A stretch of 35,314 bases of DNA. Source: a virus. A program made the translations under genes and the position numbers. Below the pieces are notes generated by a model. It searched no databases and had not been told where the DNA came from. It saw nothing but the letters and a program-made list of their open reading frames with translations. The stretch lies in the IMG/VR virus record IMGVR_UViG_3300043579_000184, positions 1 to 35,314 of that record; one strand, written 5' to 3'. Shown in pieces: positions 6,869 through 14,991 of the stretch (position 1 is its first letter; every line of letters starts with the position of its first letter).

Positions 6869-9045
6869 TGCTGACGCTCGACGTGCTCGGCCCCCAGCCG
6901 GTTGTGCGCCCCGCCCCGGGGGAGGGCTGCGACTTCCGGCTGTGCGGGAGCATCCAGCAGCTCCACGAGTTCCTCCGGCCCGCCATCGAGGACCGGATCG
7001 CGTTCGGGGCGGACTGGGAGGCGTCCAGCCTGAATACCCATCTGGCGCGTCCAGCGGGCCTGAGCGTGGCGTTCGACCATCGGGCCCTGTATGTGCCCGT
7101 CGGGCATCTGGTCCATCCACAGGCCAACCTGCCGGTCCGGGAGGTGCTCGCCGCCTTCGACCGGACCGACGCGGACAGTCTCTGGTTCAACGTCGCCTAC
7201 GACCATGAGCTGAGCTTCCTCGCCCTCGGCTGGGAGCCCCGGCGCTGGCAGGAGGTCTGGTCGGGCGTCTTCCTCGTGGACTCCAACGTCCTCGAACTGG
7301 GCTTGAAGCCGAGCGCGCTGCGGTTTCTGGGCGAGACCATGCAGGAGCTGAGCGCGCTCGACGAGGACTGGGTCCGCCTCTCCAAGCGGGAGCAAGCCGT
7401 CACGCCCTACCGGTTGCCCCACCAGCTCCCCCCGGAGGTGGTGATGCCGTATGGCTGTGACGACGCCGAGAAGACCCGACGCCTCTGGTTTCACCCGGCG
7501 GTGCAAGCGGCGGTGCACGAGCAGCCCACCATCCATGACTTGGAGCAGCGCGTGAGCCCGGTGCTGCGACAGGGCAACCGGCACGGGGTCTACCTCTCCG
7601 CCGCCCGTCTCATCCAGCTCCGCGAGGAGACGCTCGCCCAGCGCCAAACCCTGCAGGGGCAGATTTGGGCCCACCTCGGGGAAGAGGTGACGCTCTCCCG
7701 CAAGGCGTATCTGGGGCAGAAGCTCTTAGACCTCGGCCTCCCCATCCTCGAACGCACGGAGACCGGGCTGCCGACCGTGAATGTGAAGGTGCTCCAGAGC
7801 TACCAGCACGTGCATCCGGTCGTCCCGCTCCTCACGCAGTACGCCCAGCTCACGGCGCAGCTTGAGAACTACATCCTCAAGCTCCTGCGCGCCCACGAGT
7901 ATTTCAGCACCCAGCCATGGGCCGAAGGCCGCGTCCGGTTTCCGTTCAAGCATCTGGGCGTGCCGACCGGCCGGATGAAGTGCGGCTCCGGCGACAAAGG
8001 CCGCGCCGCGTACCTGAAGGGCTATGCGGATGTCAACGCGCAGAGCATCCCGGATGTCGAGAAGGCCAGCGGCTACCTCCCGAATATCCGCAGCGCGTTC
8101 ACCGCCCCGCCGGACTTCGTGGTGGTCGCGCTGGATTACTCCCAAATTGAACTCAGAATCACCGCCAATCTGTCGGGGGAGCCCACATGGATCCGCGCCT
8201 ACCAGCAGGGGCAGGATCTGCATCTGGTGAACGCCCAAGCCATCGCCCGCATCAACGAGCCCGGCGTGACGGTCCTCCCCGACGACAAAAAGCGGCGCGG
8301 CGGCGCGAAAGCCACGAGCTTCGCACTGGTGTACGGGGGCGACGAGCACACCATCGCCAGAAACGCCCACCTCCCGCTCCCCGAGGCCAAGCAGCTCTTG
8401 GAGGGCTTCTTCCAGAGCCTCCCCACCCTCCAGCGGTGGATCCAGCAGACGCAACAGCACGCCCGCGCGACCAAACAGGTGCGGACCCACTTCGGCAGAA
8501 TCCGACGCCTGCACACGTTCTTCGAGCCCGAGCCCCCGAGGCCCCCGCGCGGCACGCCCAAGTCCGACCCGGCCTACCAGAAGTGGCTGCGCTGGTTCCA
8601 GCTCGACGCCCGAGGGGCCCGCGAAGCCATCAACGACCCGGTGCAGGGCGGGGCCGCCGATATTTTCAAGCAGGCGTGCACCCGTATCGCCAGCACCCTG
8701 AGCCATCTCCCGCCGGGCATTTGCAGCCCACAGGTGCTGTGGGAACACGACGAGGTCGTGCTCTACGTCCACCATGCCCATGTGACCGAGGTCGTCCCGC
8801 TCCTCGTGCAGGCCATGGAGTTCCCCGTGCGCGGCTGGCCAGTGCCCCTGCAGGCCGACCCGGAAGTGGGCTCCCGCAGGTTATATCTGGAAGGGAAGCG
8901 CGCGAGCCTTGCCCAGCAGGGACAGGACACGGCCCTGTATGACCGCCTGCTGGCCGAGCCCATGGATGATTTTGGCAGCGGGAGTAGCTGGGGCGAACTG
9001 GTCCCCTACGCCCGGTGGTGCGCCCGGTACGCCCCAAGCCCCTGA
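6868..9045 (+). CDS. polA: Family A DNA polymerase with 3'-5' exonuclease domain (no 5'-3' exonuclease)
   Basis: Exo I DWE, Exo II FNVAYD, Exo III YGCDDA; TGR; motif A DYSQIELR; motif B RRGGAKATSFALVYG; NDPVQGGAAD; motif C EHDEV. Confidence 0.95.
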   Translation: MLTLDVLGPQPVVRPAPGEGCDFRLCGSIQQLHEFLRPAIEDRIAFGADWEASSLNTHLARPAGLSVAFDHRALYVPVGHLVHPQANLPVREVLAAFDRTDADSLWFNVAYDHELSFLALGWEPRRWQEVWSGVFLVDSNVLELGLKPSALRFLGETMQELSALDEDWVRLSKREQAVTPYRLPHQLPPEVVMPYGCDDAEKTRRLWFHPAVQAAVHEQPTIHDLEQRVSPVLRQGNRHGVYLSAARLIQLREETLAQRQTLQGQIWAHLGEEVTLSRKAYLGQKLLDLGLPILERTETGLPTVNVKVLQSYQHVHPVVPLLTQYAQLTAQLENYILKLLRAHEYFSTQPWAEGRVRFPFKHLGVPTGRMKCGSGDKGRAAYLKGYADVNAQSIPDVEKASGYLPNIRSAFTAPPDFVVVALDYSQIELRITANLSGEPTWIRAYQQGQDLHLVNAQAIARINEPGVTVLPDDKKRRGGAKATSFALVYGGDEHTIARNAHLPLPEAKQLLEGFFQSLPTLQRWIQQTQQHARATKQVRTHFGRIRRLHTFFEPEPPRPPRGTPKSDPAYQKWLRWFQLDARGAREAINDPVQGGAADIFKQACTRIASTLSHLPPGICSPQVLWEHDEVVLYVHHAHVTEVVPLLVQAMEFPVRGWPVPLQADPEVGSRRLYLEGKRASLAQQGQDTALYDRLLAEPMDDFGSGSSWGELVPYARWCARYAPSP

Positions 9046-9104
9046 AGCGGATATGGGCAGGCCGCCCCCCGGATGCTGCGCCCGTACCGAGGGGGGTCCG
9101 CCCT

Positions 9105-9150
9105 CAAAAACCGCAAAAACAGGCGCAATTCTGCGCTATTTTGGTTTTTG
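9105..9150 (+). terminator. Imperfect A/T-rich hairpin after polA
   Basis: CAAAAACC...GCGC-aattct-GCGC...GGTTTTTG. Confidence 0.45.
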
Positions 9151-9264
9151 TTCACTTACGAATAGTGTGTCCGAATCTGACTAGTTGCGTACGGCGGTGC
9201 GGTACAGGGGTCGTTCGAGCGGGTAGGGTGTTGAGCCCACCCGAGGTCTTGTGATACACTCGCA

Positions 9265-9289
9265 CAACGTGTTGTGTATCAAGCACTTA
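9265..9289. promoter_or_regulatory. IHF-like site within 25-bp pseudo-palindrome
   Basis: TATCAAGCACTTA (9277-9289) matches WATCAANNNNTTR. Confidence 0.6.
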
Positions 9290-9357
9290 GCGCAGGGGCG
9301 AAGAAGAAGCGCAATAAAGGGATAATATGCAGAAATATCGCCGGTGCTTAGAAGCGG

Positions 9358-9382
9358 TAACTACTTGATACATAAGGGGTTG
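9358..9382. promoter_or_regulatory. IHF-like site within 25-bp pseudo-palindrome
   Basis: Reverse complement of 9358-9370 is TATCAAGTAGTTA, which matches WATCAANNNNTTR. Confidence 0.6.
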
Positions 9383-9421
9383 TGCGGTTCAGGATGTGCT
9401 AAAACAGGCCCAAAAGAGCCT

Positions 9422-9449
9422 GAGTCTGATAATGAGCATTATGTTAACC
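9422..9449 (+). other. dif-like XerC/XerD recombination site
   Basis: GAGTCTGATAA-TGAGCA-TTATGTTAACC has the 11-6-11 layout; the XerD arm matches E. coli TTATGTTAAAT at 9/11 and the XerC arm ends in ATAA. Confidence 0.8.
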
Positions 9450-9461
9450 TGTAACGCCACT

Positions 9462-9486
9462 TAAGTGCTTACCAGTCAACGACTTA
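9462..9486. promoter_or_regulatory. 25-bp pseudo-palindrome (paired degenerate IHF-like sites)
   Basis: TAAGTGCTTACCAGTCAACGACTTA. Confidence 0.5.
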
Positions 9487-9565
9487 CAGGCGAGTCCGGT
9501 GTGGCAGGACAACACCTGCCAGAAGAGCTAGTAGCAGACACATCGAAGCTGAGGTAGAGACGCTC

Positions 9566-9793
9566 ATGCCTATCAACTTTCGCCAGCGCGCCGAGTCGTT
9601 GAAAGACCAGCTCGCACAGGTCAAGATCGACATTCAGCGCGCGTCCCCGGACGAGCAGCGCAGGCTGACCGCACTGGCCGCTTCGCTGCAGCGCTCGCTG
9701 CGCTGGTACACGGCGCGGGCCGGGTCGCGCTCGGACGTGCACGCCCTGCGGGTGAGTGTCGCCGACGAGATCCACACGACCACGGGCTCGTAA
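9566..9793 (+). CDS. Small hypothetical helical protein
   Basis: GAGG SD; amphipathic helix pattern; followed by hairpins. Confidence 0.6.
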   Translation: MPINFRQRAESLKDQLAQVKIDIQRASPDEQRRLTALAASLQRSLRWYTARAGSRSDVHALRVSVADEIHTTTGS

Positions 9794-9822
9794 GTTCTAG
9801 TCCGCACAGGACTTCTGTGCAG

Positions 9823-9861
9823 GCCCGCCCGGGCAGGAACATCACCCCTGCCCGGGCGGGC
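9823..9861. terminator. 15-bp perfect GC-rich hairpin
   Basis: GCCCGCCCGGGCAGG-aacatcacc-CCTGCCCGGGCGGGC. Confidence 0.55.
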
Positions 9862-10250
9862 GTGTGTACAGGGGGCGTTCGGGGCGGAATAATGCGTATG
9901 TGCGCGCCTGTACTGTTCGAGGGGGGCCTGAGAAGAAAGTAAACCTCGCCGGGGGGTGTCCTGTGGCAGGCCCCGGCCCTGCCGGGGCGAGGTTTTCTAC
10001 AGGGGGGCTTCTGTGCGCGGTTTTCTACGGGGGGCTTTTCTGGTAGAACCCCTGTATACGCAATAACTTAGGGGTATATATAGCGGGGGGTGTTTCTTGT
10101 GAAGTACCTGTGCGTGTGGGCAGGTACGAGTGCAGTGCGTACGTGTGCGTATGTCGGGGTACGAGCGGCGTGTGCCTCGTGTGGAGCGCATACACCCAGC
10201 GTGCGGTACGTCAGTTCGAGGGTGTGTACTGCACAGTACGCAGGTGTGCG

Positions 10251-10275
10251 TAAGTGCAATAACAACAGGCACTTA
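10251..10275. promoter_or_regulatory. 25-bp pseudo-palindrome (degenerate IHF-like)
   Basis: TAAGTGCAATAACAACAGGCACTTA, same family as 9265, 9358 and 9462. Confidence 0.45.
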
Positions 10276-10410
10276 GCACGTGTCCCACAGGCGATTAGCT
10301 ATCGAAACGTCGAGGTAAAACCCCGGCCCCCAGCGCTGCTAAACGTGGCAAGAATAATGCCAGCCCAGCCGCATCCGCACCCCTCCCGAATTTTCTGGAT
10401 TGCGCTGTGG

Positions 10411-10500
10411 TGCTATCTCGTGACGGCAGAAGCTATCTCGTGACGGCGACAGACATCAGAAGCTGTCTCTTGACAGCATCTGATGTCTCGTGCTATCTCT
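10411..10500 (+). promoter_or_regulatory. Promoter/operator with helically phased GMTRTCTC repeats
   Basis: Octamers at 10412, 10432, 10462, 10482 and 10492; TTGACA at 10470; inverted repeat AGACATCAGA/TCTGATGTCT. Confidence 0.65.
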
Positions 10501-10507
10501 AGCAGTC

Positions 10508-10948
10508 ATGAAGGTGTTTACGCTCCGGCTCTCGGACGAGGACTGGGCGTGGCTGGAGCAGGTGAAGGCACGGGACGGGGTGGCGGTGACCGAGCAGCTT
10601 CGGCGGGCGGTGGCCCTCTGGCTGGCGGACCGGATGGCAGCGGGGCCCTTGACCAACCCGGTGGTAGACGGGTTCCTGCAGGCCGAGCCACCCCCGGACC
10701 CGGTGCGGACGGCCCGGGTCAAGGCGCGCTTCGCGGCGAAGCAGGCCCCGAGCGCGCCGCACACGGTGGGGACCGACCCGCCGACCCCGGCGAACGACCC
10801 GGTGGGGCGGTTCCAGACGCGGACGCCACTCGACACTGAGGCGGACGAGCCCGTGGAGGTGCAGGACGCGGTGGAGGCACGGGAGTCGCCGGGGACGCGG
10901 TGGTGGCGGGAGCGACAGAAGGCGGGAGGCCCTGATGGCGACGAGTGA
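10508..10948 (+). CDS. Ribbon-helix-helix (CopG/Arc-like) DNA-binding protein with disordered C-terminus
   Basis: MKVFTLRLSDEDWAWLEQVKARDGVAVTEQLRRAVALWL follows the beta-helix-G-helix RHH pattern. Confidence 0.75.
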   Translation: MKVFTLRLSDEDWAWLEQVKARDGVAVTEQLRRAVALWLADRMAAGPLTNPVVDGFLQAEPPPDPVRTARVKARFAAKQAPSAPHTVGTDPPTPANDPVGRFQTRTPLDTEADEPVEVQDAVEARESPGTRWWRERQKAGGPDGDE

Positions 10949-11432
10949 GGGAGAGCTGCGGATGACGCTGGCAGGCGCAGGGGAGCCGGACCCCGATGGC
11001 CGGGAGTCGGCGGTCGAGCGGGCGCGGGCGGGCTGGCAGAAGGTGCAGCGCTTCGAGCGCGGGGCGACCGGGCCGGGGCAGATCAAGCGGCTGGGCGAGG
11101 CCGTGTTCGACGCCCTGCAGGTGGTGACGGTGCAGTTGGCGCGGGTGAGTGCGTTGCAGCAGGAGCAGTTCCGGGTGCTCACGTGGATTCGCCAGACCTG
11201 CGATGCCGCCGCCGGGGTGCAGCGAGAACGCCGGGACAAGCGGATGCCCGGAGCCAAGGGCGCGGTCCGGGTGCTCGTCGAGCGCTACCGGGCGCAGGGG
11301 GCGCGGCTGGCGGCGGTCTCGGCGGAGCTGGAGGCCCTGCGGGTCGCGCATGACCGGCTGGCCATCGCGCTGGCCGAGAAGGAGGGCTGGCAGGCGGGGT
11401 TGCCACCGATAGCCCCGGCGGCGCGCGAGTGA
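10935..11432 (+). CDS. Hypothetical coiled-coil protein
   Basis: GGAGG SD; heptad-like helices. Confidence 0.65.
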   Translation: MATSEGELRMTLAGAGEPDPDGRESAVERARAGWQKVQRFERGATGPGQIKRLGEAVFDALQVVTVQLARVSALQQEQFRVLTWIRQTCDAAAGVQRERRDKRMPGAKGAVRVLVERYRAQGARLAAVSAELEALRVAHDRLAIALAEKEGWQAGLPPIAPAARE

Positions 11433-11441
11433 TTTCCGTCG

Positions 11442-11485
11442 GGGTATGCTCGCTGACACGAGCATAACAGGGCTGTCAAGGGGGG
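11442..11485 (+). repeat. Intergenic hairpin/pseudoknot element, copy 2
   Basis: Stem TATGCTCG/CGAGCATA then ACAGGGCTGTCAAGGGGGG; compensatory pair change relative to copy 1. Confidence 0.7.
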
Positions 11486-11489
11486 ATGT

Positions 11490-11750
11490 GTGTTGCCGGA
11501 GGTGCCAGCCATCGCGTGTCCGTGGTGCGGGGTCATGCAGGACTTCGTGACGCCCCTGTCGGGAGAAGAGGGGCCCCGGCCGGGGTCGGTCACCATCTGT
11601 CTGAGCTGCACCGGGGCGAATCTGTTCACCGAGGGGCTCGGCCTGCGGCGGCTGGAGCCTGCGGACCTCGCCGACTGGCCCGAGGCGGAGCTGGCGCGGC
11701 TCCGGCAGCTCAAGCAGTGGGTGCTGGTGCGCGCCGTGGCGCGCAACTAA
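11490..11750 (+). CDS. Small zinc-finger protein
   Basis: CPWC...CLSC. Confidence 0.7.
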   Translation: MLPEVPAIACPWCGVMQDFVTPLSGEEGPRPGSVTICLSCTGANLFTEGLGLRRLEPADLADWPEAELARLRQLKQWVLVRAVARN

Positions 11751-12016
11751 TGCTCGGGCCGCACCGGCATGGCTGTGCGGACTGTCAGGACGAGTGGGAC
11801 TGTCTGGAGCGCGCGGCGCGCGCCACGCGCTGCCCGGTGGACGTGGCCGCGAAGGTCAACCGGCAGGGGCCCTTCTGCCACTGGTGCCGGGTGGTGCGCG
11901 AGTTGCTGGCGCTGGCGCACCTCAAGGGCTGGGTGGTGGAGGTGCGGGTACAGAAGGAGGACGGATCGTGGCGGACCCCGCCGTCGGGCACGTCGTCGTC
12001 GAGATCACCGGGCTGA
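11750..12016 (+). CDS. Small Cys-rich protein
   Basis: TAATG coupling; CADC...C...C...CHWC. Confidence 0.6.
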   Translation: MLGPHRHGCADCQDEWDCLERAARATRCPVDVAAKVNRQGPFCHWCRVVRELLALAHLKGWVVEVRVQKEDGSWRTPPSGTSSSRSPG

Positions 12017-12204
12017 TGGACCGCTACGAGCGGATCCTGAGCGACCCCGAGGCGCTCATCGCCGAGGTCCGTCGGCTGGGGCAGCGCCCCCATGTCATGA
12101 CGGACCCGGAGCTGTCGTTGATGCTCGGGCTGCTGGTCGGCCGGGTGCGCGAGCTGCAGGCACTGGTGGACGAGGTGTTCACGCCCCGTGACCCCCGACA
12201 TTGA
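11968..12204 (+). CDS. Hypothetical protein
   Basis: AAGGAGG SD before GTG 11968. Confidence 0.65.
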   Translation: MADPAVGHVVVEITGLMDRYERILSDPEALIAEVRRLGQRPHVMTDPELSLMLGLLVGRVRELQALVDEVFTPRDPRH

Positions 12205-12225
12205 TAAGCCCACCTGTGGTAGAAT
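12201..12225 (+). promoter_or_regulatory. Cassette promoter repeat, degenerate copy (no -35 at canonical spacing, no SD)
   Basis: AAGCCCACCTGTGG-TAGAAT with TGn extended -10; ATG 6 nt after the -10 suggests a leaderless mRNA. Confidence 0.65.
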
Positions 12226-12231
12226 AAGGCC

Positions 12232-12402
12232 ATGCATGAGCCTCTTCTTGCCTATTACGAGCGGCTGCTGGCCTACCGGCGGCTGATGTACGCGCTGGCC
12301 ACGCATCCGACGCTCAAGGCCGACTGGGCCCGGGAGATCCGGGCGGTCGAGCGGCTGCGGGACCGGGCGACGACACCCACGACGCGCCCGCTGGCGGCTT
12401 GA
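12232..12402 (+). CDS. Small hypothetical protein (56 aa, MHEPLLAYYERLL...)
   Basis: Fills the gap between two repeats; stop is the TGA of TTGACA. Confidence 0.6.
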   Translation: MHEPLLAYYERLLAYRRLMYALATHPTLKADWAREIRAVERLRDRATTPTTRPLAA

Positions 12403-12438
12403 CACTAAGCCCGCTCTGTGGCATCATGTCTGTGGAGG
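12399..12438 (+). promoter_or_regulatory. 40-bp cassette promoter/SD repeat
   Basis: TTGACA-ctaagcccgctctgtgg-CATCAT-gtctgt-GGAGG. Confidence 0.85.
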
Positions 12439-12442
12439 ACAG

Positions 12443-12679
12443 ATGACCGCACTGGTGACCGACCTCAGAACCCGCGTCAAGGACGTGCAACGGCTCAGCG
12501 GGCACGCGCAAGAGGCGCTCTCGCCCAAGGCCCCGGGCGGCGGCACCAAGGTGATCAACCTTGCGGACGTGATGACCTACTTGCTGACCATCAGCGACGT
12601 GGTCGCCGAGGCCCGACTCGCTATCGAGGACGCCGCCAAGGCGGCCGGGGCGCGCGAGCGGACGGCGCGGCGCGGATGA
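12443..12679 (+). CDS. Hypothetical protein
   Basis: Starts at the repeat SD. Confidence 0.75.
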   Translation: MTALVTDLRTRVKDVQRLSGHAQEALSPKAPGGGTKVINLADVMTYLLTISDVVAEARLAIEDAAKAAGARERTARRG

Positions 12680-12879
12680 AGCGGGCGGGCCGGATCCACC
12701 TGCGCGCCGACGACCCGGCGCTCGTCGCGCTCCGGGAGGCCGCCGTCGTCTGGGCGCGGGCCTCACGGGACGAGCCCGTCGATAGCCGGGACAGTGTCTT
12801 CCAGATCATCGACCGGCGGCTCCAGCGGGCGGCGCTCCGGTTTGCTAGAGCCTCCAGCCCGCCGAGGACCAAGACATGA
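12676..12879 (+). CDS. Hypothetical protein
   Basis: ATGA overlaps at both ends. Confidence 0.6.
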   Translation: MKRAGRIHLRADDPALVALREAAVVWARASRDEPVDSRDSVFQIIDRRLQRAALRFARASSPPRTKT

Positions 12880-13103
12880 ACGACGAACTGGAAGCCCTGC
12901 GGCGCGAGAAGCTGGTCGAAGTGAACACCGGCCCCGTCCCTGACGGCCCGACGTGGACGACCGAGCAGCTCACCGAGGCGTTCGCGGTCGAGGGCTTTCT
13001 AGCCCCCTACGTGGTGGTCCGTCGCCGGAGCGACGGCAAGCGCGGGACACTCCTCTTCAAACATTCACCTCGGGTGTATTTTGACTTCCAGCCGGAGGCA
13101 TGA
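12876..13103 (+). CDS. Hypothetical protein (GFLAPYVVVRR..DG..G.L.F.HSPR.YF pattern)
   Basis: ATGA overlaps; globular beta-rich pattern. Confidence 0.75.
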   Translation: MNDELEALRREKLVEVNTGPVPDGPTWTTEQLTEAFAVEGFLAPYVVVRRRSDGKRGTLLFKHSPRVYFDFQPEA

Positions 13104-13342
13104 TGCCGTGCGACCGTTGTAAGCTCCCCTACCCGGAGGGCCTGCTGAACCCGGTGAGTTTCGGCAATCACACGGGGGCCGGGCGAACGCTGCCGGTGTG
13201 CGGCATCTGCGCGTTGGACCTCTCCAACGAGATCCTCAAGACGCGACGTAAAGCGTTCGGCGGCTCGATGGCCGAAGAGTACCGGCAGCGGGCGATCCGC
13301 TGGCGCGAGCGGCACCCGGACGCCCAGCCGGTGAAAGCGTGA
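13100..13342 (+). CDS. Small zinc-finger protein
   Basis: GGAGG SD; CDRC...CGIC. Confidence 0.7.
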   Translation: MMPCDRCKLPYPEGLLNPVSFGNHTGAGRTLPVCGICALDLSNEILKTRRKAFGGSMAEEYRQRAIRWRERHPDAQPVKA

Positions 13343-13647
13343 GCCCGCGCGTCTGCCCGGCTTGCAAGGGCCGGGCGACCAAGATCGTCAGCCTGAGCGA
13401 CGGCACCTACACCTGTCAGCAGTGCGGGCACCGGTATGACCCGCTGCAGGAGGCCCCCATGGGACTGGTTCTGACCTTCTACGCGCTGGTCGATGCGCGC
13501 GGCCACCTGTTCGACTGCGGGGCGGGCCCGGGCCGCGCCACGCTCTTCACCAGTCCCGAAGACATCGAGCCGACGCGGCGGATGATCGCGCGGCTGGACC
13601 CGAAGGTCCGGATCATCCCGGTCCGGGTGACCGAGGAGCAGTCATGA
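13339..13647 (+). CDS. Zinc-ribbon protein (possible internal start at MGLVL)
   Basis: CPAC...CQQC; internal AGGAGG SD before an internal ATG. Confidence 0.6.
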   Translation: MSPRVCPACKGRATKIVSLSDGTYTCQQCGHRYDPLQEAPMGLVLTFYALVDARGHLFDCGAGPGRATLFTSPEDIEPTRRMIARLDPKVRIIPVRVTEEQS

Positions 13648-13895
13648 CGCCTGACGAACGCGACCGGCTCGGGATTGTGGCGCAGTCGATGTGGGGCGGG
13701 TTCTTCCGCTGCCCCACGACGGGCCGGGTTATCGAGGCGCTCCATGGGGACGACAAGGTGCTCTGCCCCTGCGGGGTCAGTAACCCGAGGGTGCCGACCG
13801 AGCAGACCCATCTGACCGGGGTGCATATCGTCCGGTTCCTCACCGAGGCCACGGTAGACGAGTATCTCGACCAGCGGGAGGCTGACGAACGATGA
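13644..13895 (+). CDS. Hypothetical protein
   Basis: GAGGAG SD; ATGA overlaps. Confidence 0.7.
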   Translation: MTPDERDRLGIVAQSMWGGFFRCPTTGRVIEALHGDDKVLCPCGVSNPRVPTEQTHLTGVHIVRFLTEATVDEYLDQREADER

Positions 13896-14047
13896 CGACA
13901 CCCGTCGTCGTGCTGCGCTGTCCGGCCTGCGCCGCCGTCCTCGCCATGACCGAGCCGACCTACCGCGACTGGATCGCCGAGGTCGCCCAGCTCCGCTGCG
14001 GCCTTTGTCCGGACGAGCCGGGCCTCCAACCCACCCAACCAGCTTGA
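13892..14047 (+). CDS. Small zinc-finger protein (51 aa)
   Basis: CPAC...CGLC; GGAGG SD; stop is the TGA of TTGACA. Confidence 0.65.
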   Translation: MTTPVVVLRCPACAAVLAMTEPTYRDWIAEVAQLRCGLCPDEPGLQPTQPA

Positions 14048-14083
14048 CATCTGGGCCCACCAGCGGTATTATGTAGCTGGAGG
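14044..14083 (+). promoter_or_regulatory. 40-bp cassette promoter/SD repeat
   Basis: TTGACA-tctgggcccaccagcgg-TATTAT-gtagct-GGAGG. Confidence 0.9.
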
Positions 14084-14089
14084 TACGAG

Positions 14090-14254
14090 ATGGCCCGCAC
14101 GGTTCGCAAGCCCATCCGCAAGTTCTGGCGCAAGGAAGCCACCGGCTTTCGCCGCGCCAGCGTCCGCCGCCACCGCAAGGCCGCGAACGCCGCGACCCGC
14201 GCCGGGCGCGAGCTGCCCTCCTTCAAAGGCACTGGAGGCCGACTCACATGGTAA
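14090..14254 (+). CDS. Small Arg/Lys-rich protein (54 aa, MARTVRKPIRKFWRK...)
   Basis: Starts at the repeat SD; very basic; below the ORF-track length cutoff. Confidence 0.7.
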   Translation: MARTVRKPIRKFWRKEATGFRRASVRRHRKAANAATRAGRELPSFKGTGGRLTW

Positions 14255-14511
14255 GTCCCGCGACCCCGACCCCCCTGACCCCCGAGCTGATGGAAGCGTT
14301 CATGAGCATCCTGAACGCGCTCAGCCCGGAGAACCTGATGATGGACGGCGAGCGCCCGATGGCAGCGGCCAAGCGAGTCGCCAAAGCGCTCCGGGCCCGC
14401 TGGAAGGCGCTCGAAAAGACCCTCGGCCGCCCGGTGACCGAGGACGAAGTCTGGGCGATGTTTCTGACGACGCCCCGCACCCCGATTGGGATGCGGAGCA
14501 CCTTTCGATGA
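14248..14511 (+). CDS. Hypothetical phage protein (LSPENLxxDGE motif)
   Basis: GGAGG SD. Confidence 0.7.
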   Translation: MVSPATPTPLTPELMEAFMSILNALSPENLMMDGERPMAAAKRVAKALRARWKALEKTLGRPVTEDEVWAMFLTTPRTPIGMRSTFR

Positions 14512-14521
14512 GGAGGAGCTG

Positions 14522-14797
14522 ATGGCCTGCATGTGCGGAGATACCCACTGCGGAAGCTGCGGTCCGGCGCAAGGCAACAGCACGTGCCCGATGTGCGGGG
14601 CGTGGAGGGACGACGGCTGCGAGCACTACGACGACGAGACCGGCGAGGTCAAGCCGGAGTTTACAGCGGCTGCAGCCGCAGCCTACGAGGCTGACCGGCT
14701 GGCGGCCGAGGCCGAGGCCGCGCACGGGGCCGAAGCCGAGCGGCTGGCCGAGGAGTACTGGAAGTCGCTGGATGACGACGGGAAGCCGCGCGTATGA
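14522..14797 (+). CDS. Cys-rich acidic protein
   Basis: GAGGAG SD; CMCGDTHCGSCG...CPMC. Confidence 0.7.
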   Translation: MACMCGDTHCGSCGPAQGNSTCPMCGAWRDDGCEHYDDETGEVKPEFTAAAAAAYEADRLAAEAEAAHGAEAERLAEEYWKSLDDDGKPRV

Positions 14798-14991
14798 GCC
14801 GCTACGCCCTGCCCATCGGTGACTACAGCCCGGTCCGGTCGCCTGACTGGCGCGTCGAACCGTGGTCCGCCACGTGCTGGTCTGTCGAGCACTGGAACGG
14901 CGTGACGTGGGAGACCATCGAGAATTTCACGACGCCTCGCGAGGCGTGGGACTTTCTGTACGAGTGCGTTCGCGGCGGGAGGACGACATGA
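14794..14991 (+). CDS. Hypothetical Trp-rich protein
   Basis: ATGA overlaps. Confidence 0.6.
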   Translation: MSRYALPIGDYSPVRSPDWRVEPWSATCWSVEHWNGVTWETIENFTTPREAWDFLYECVRGGRTT

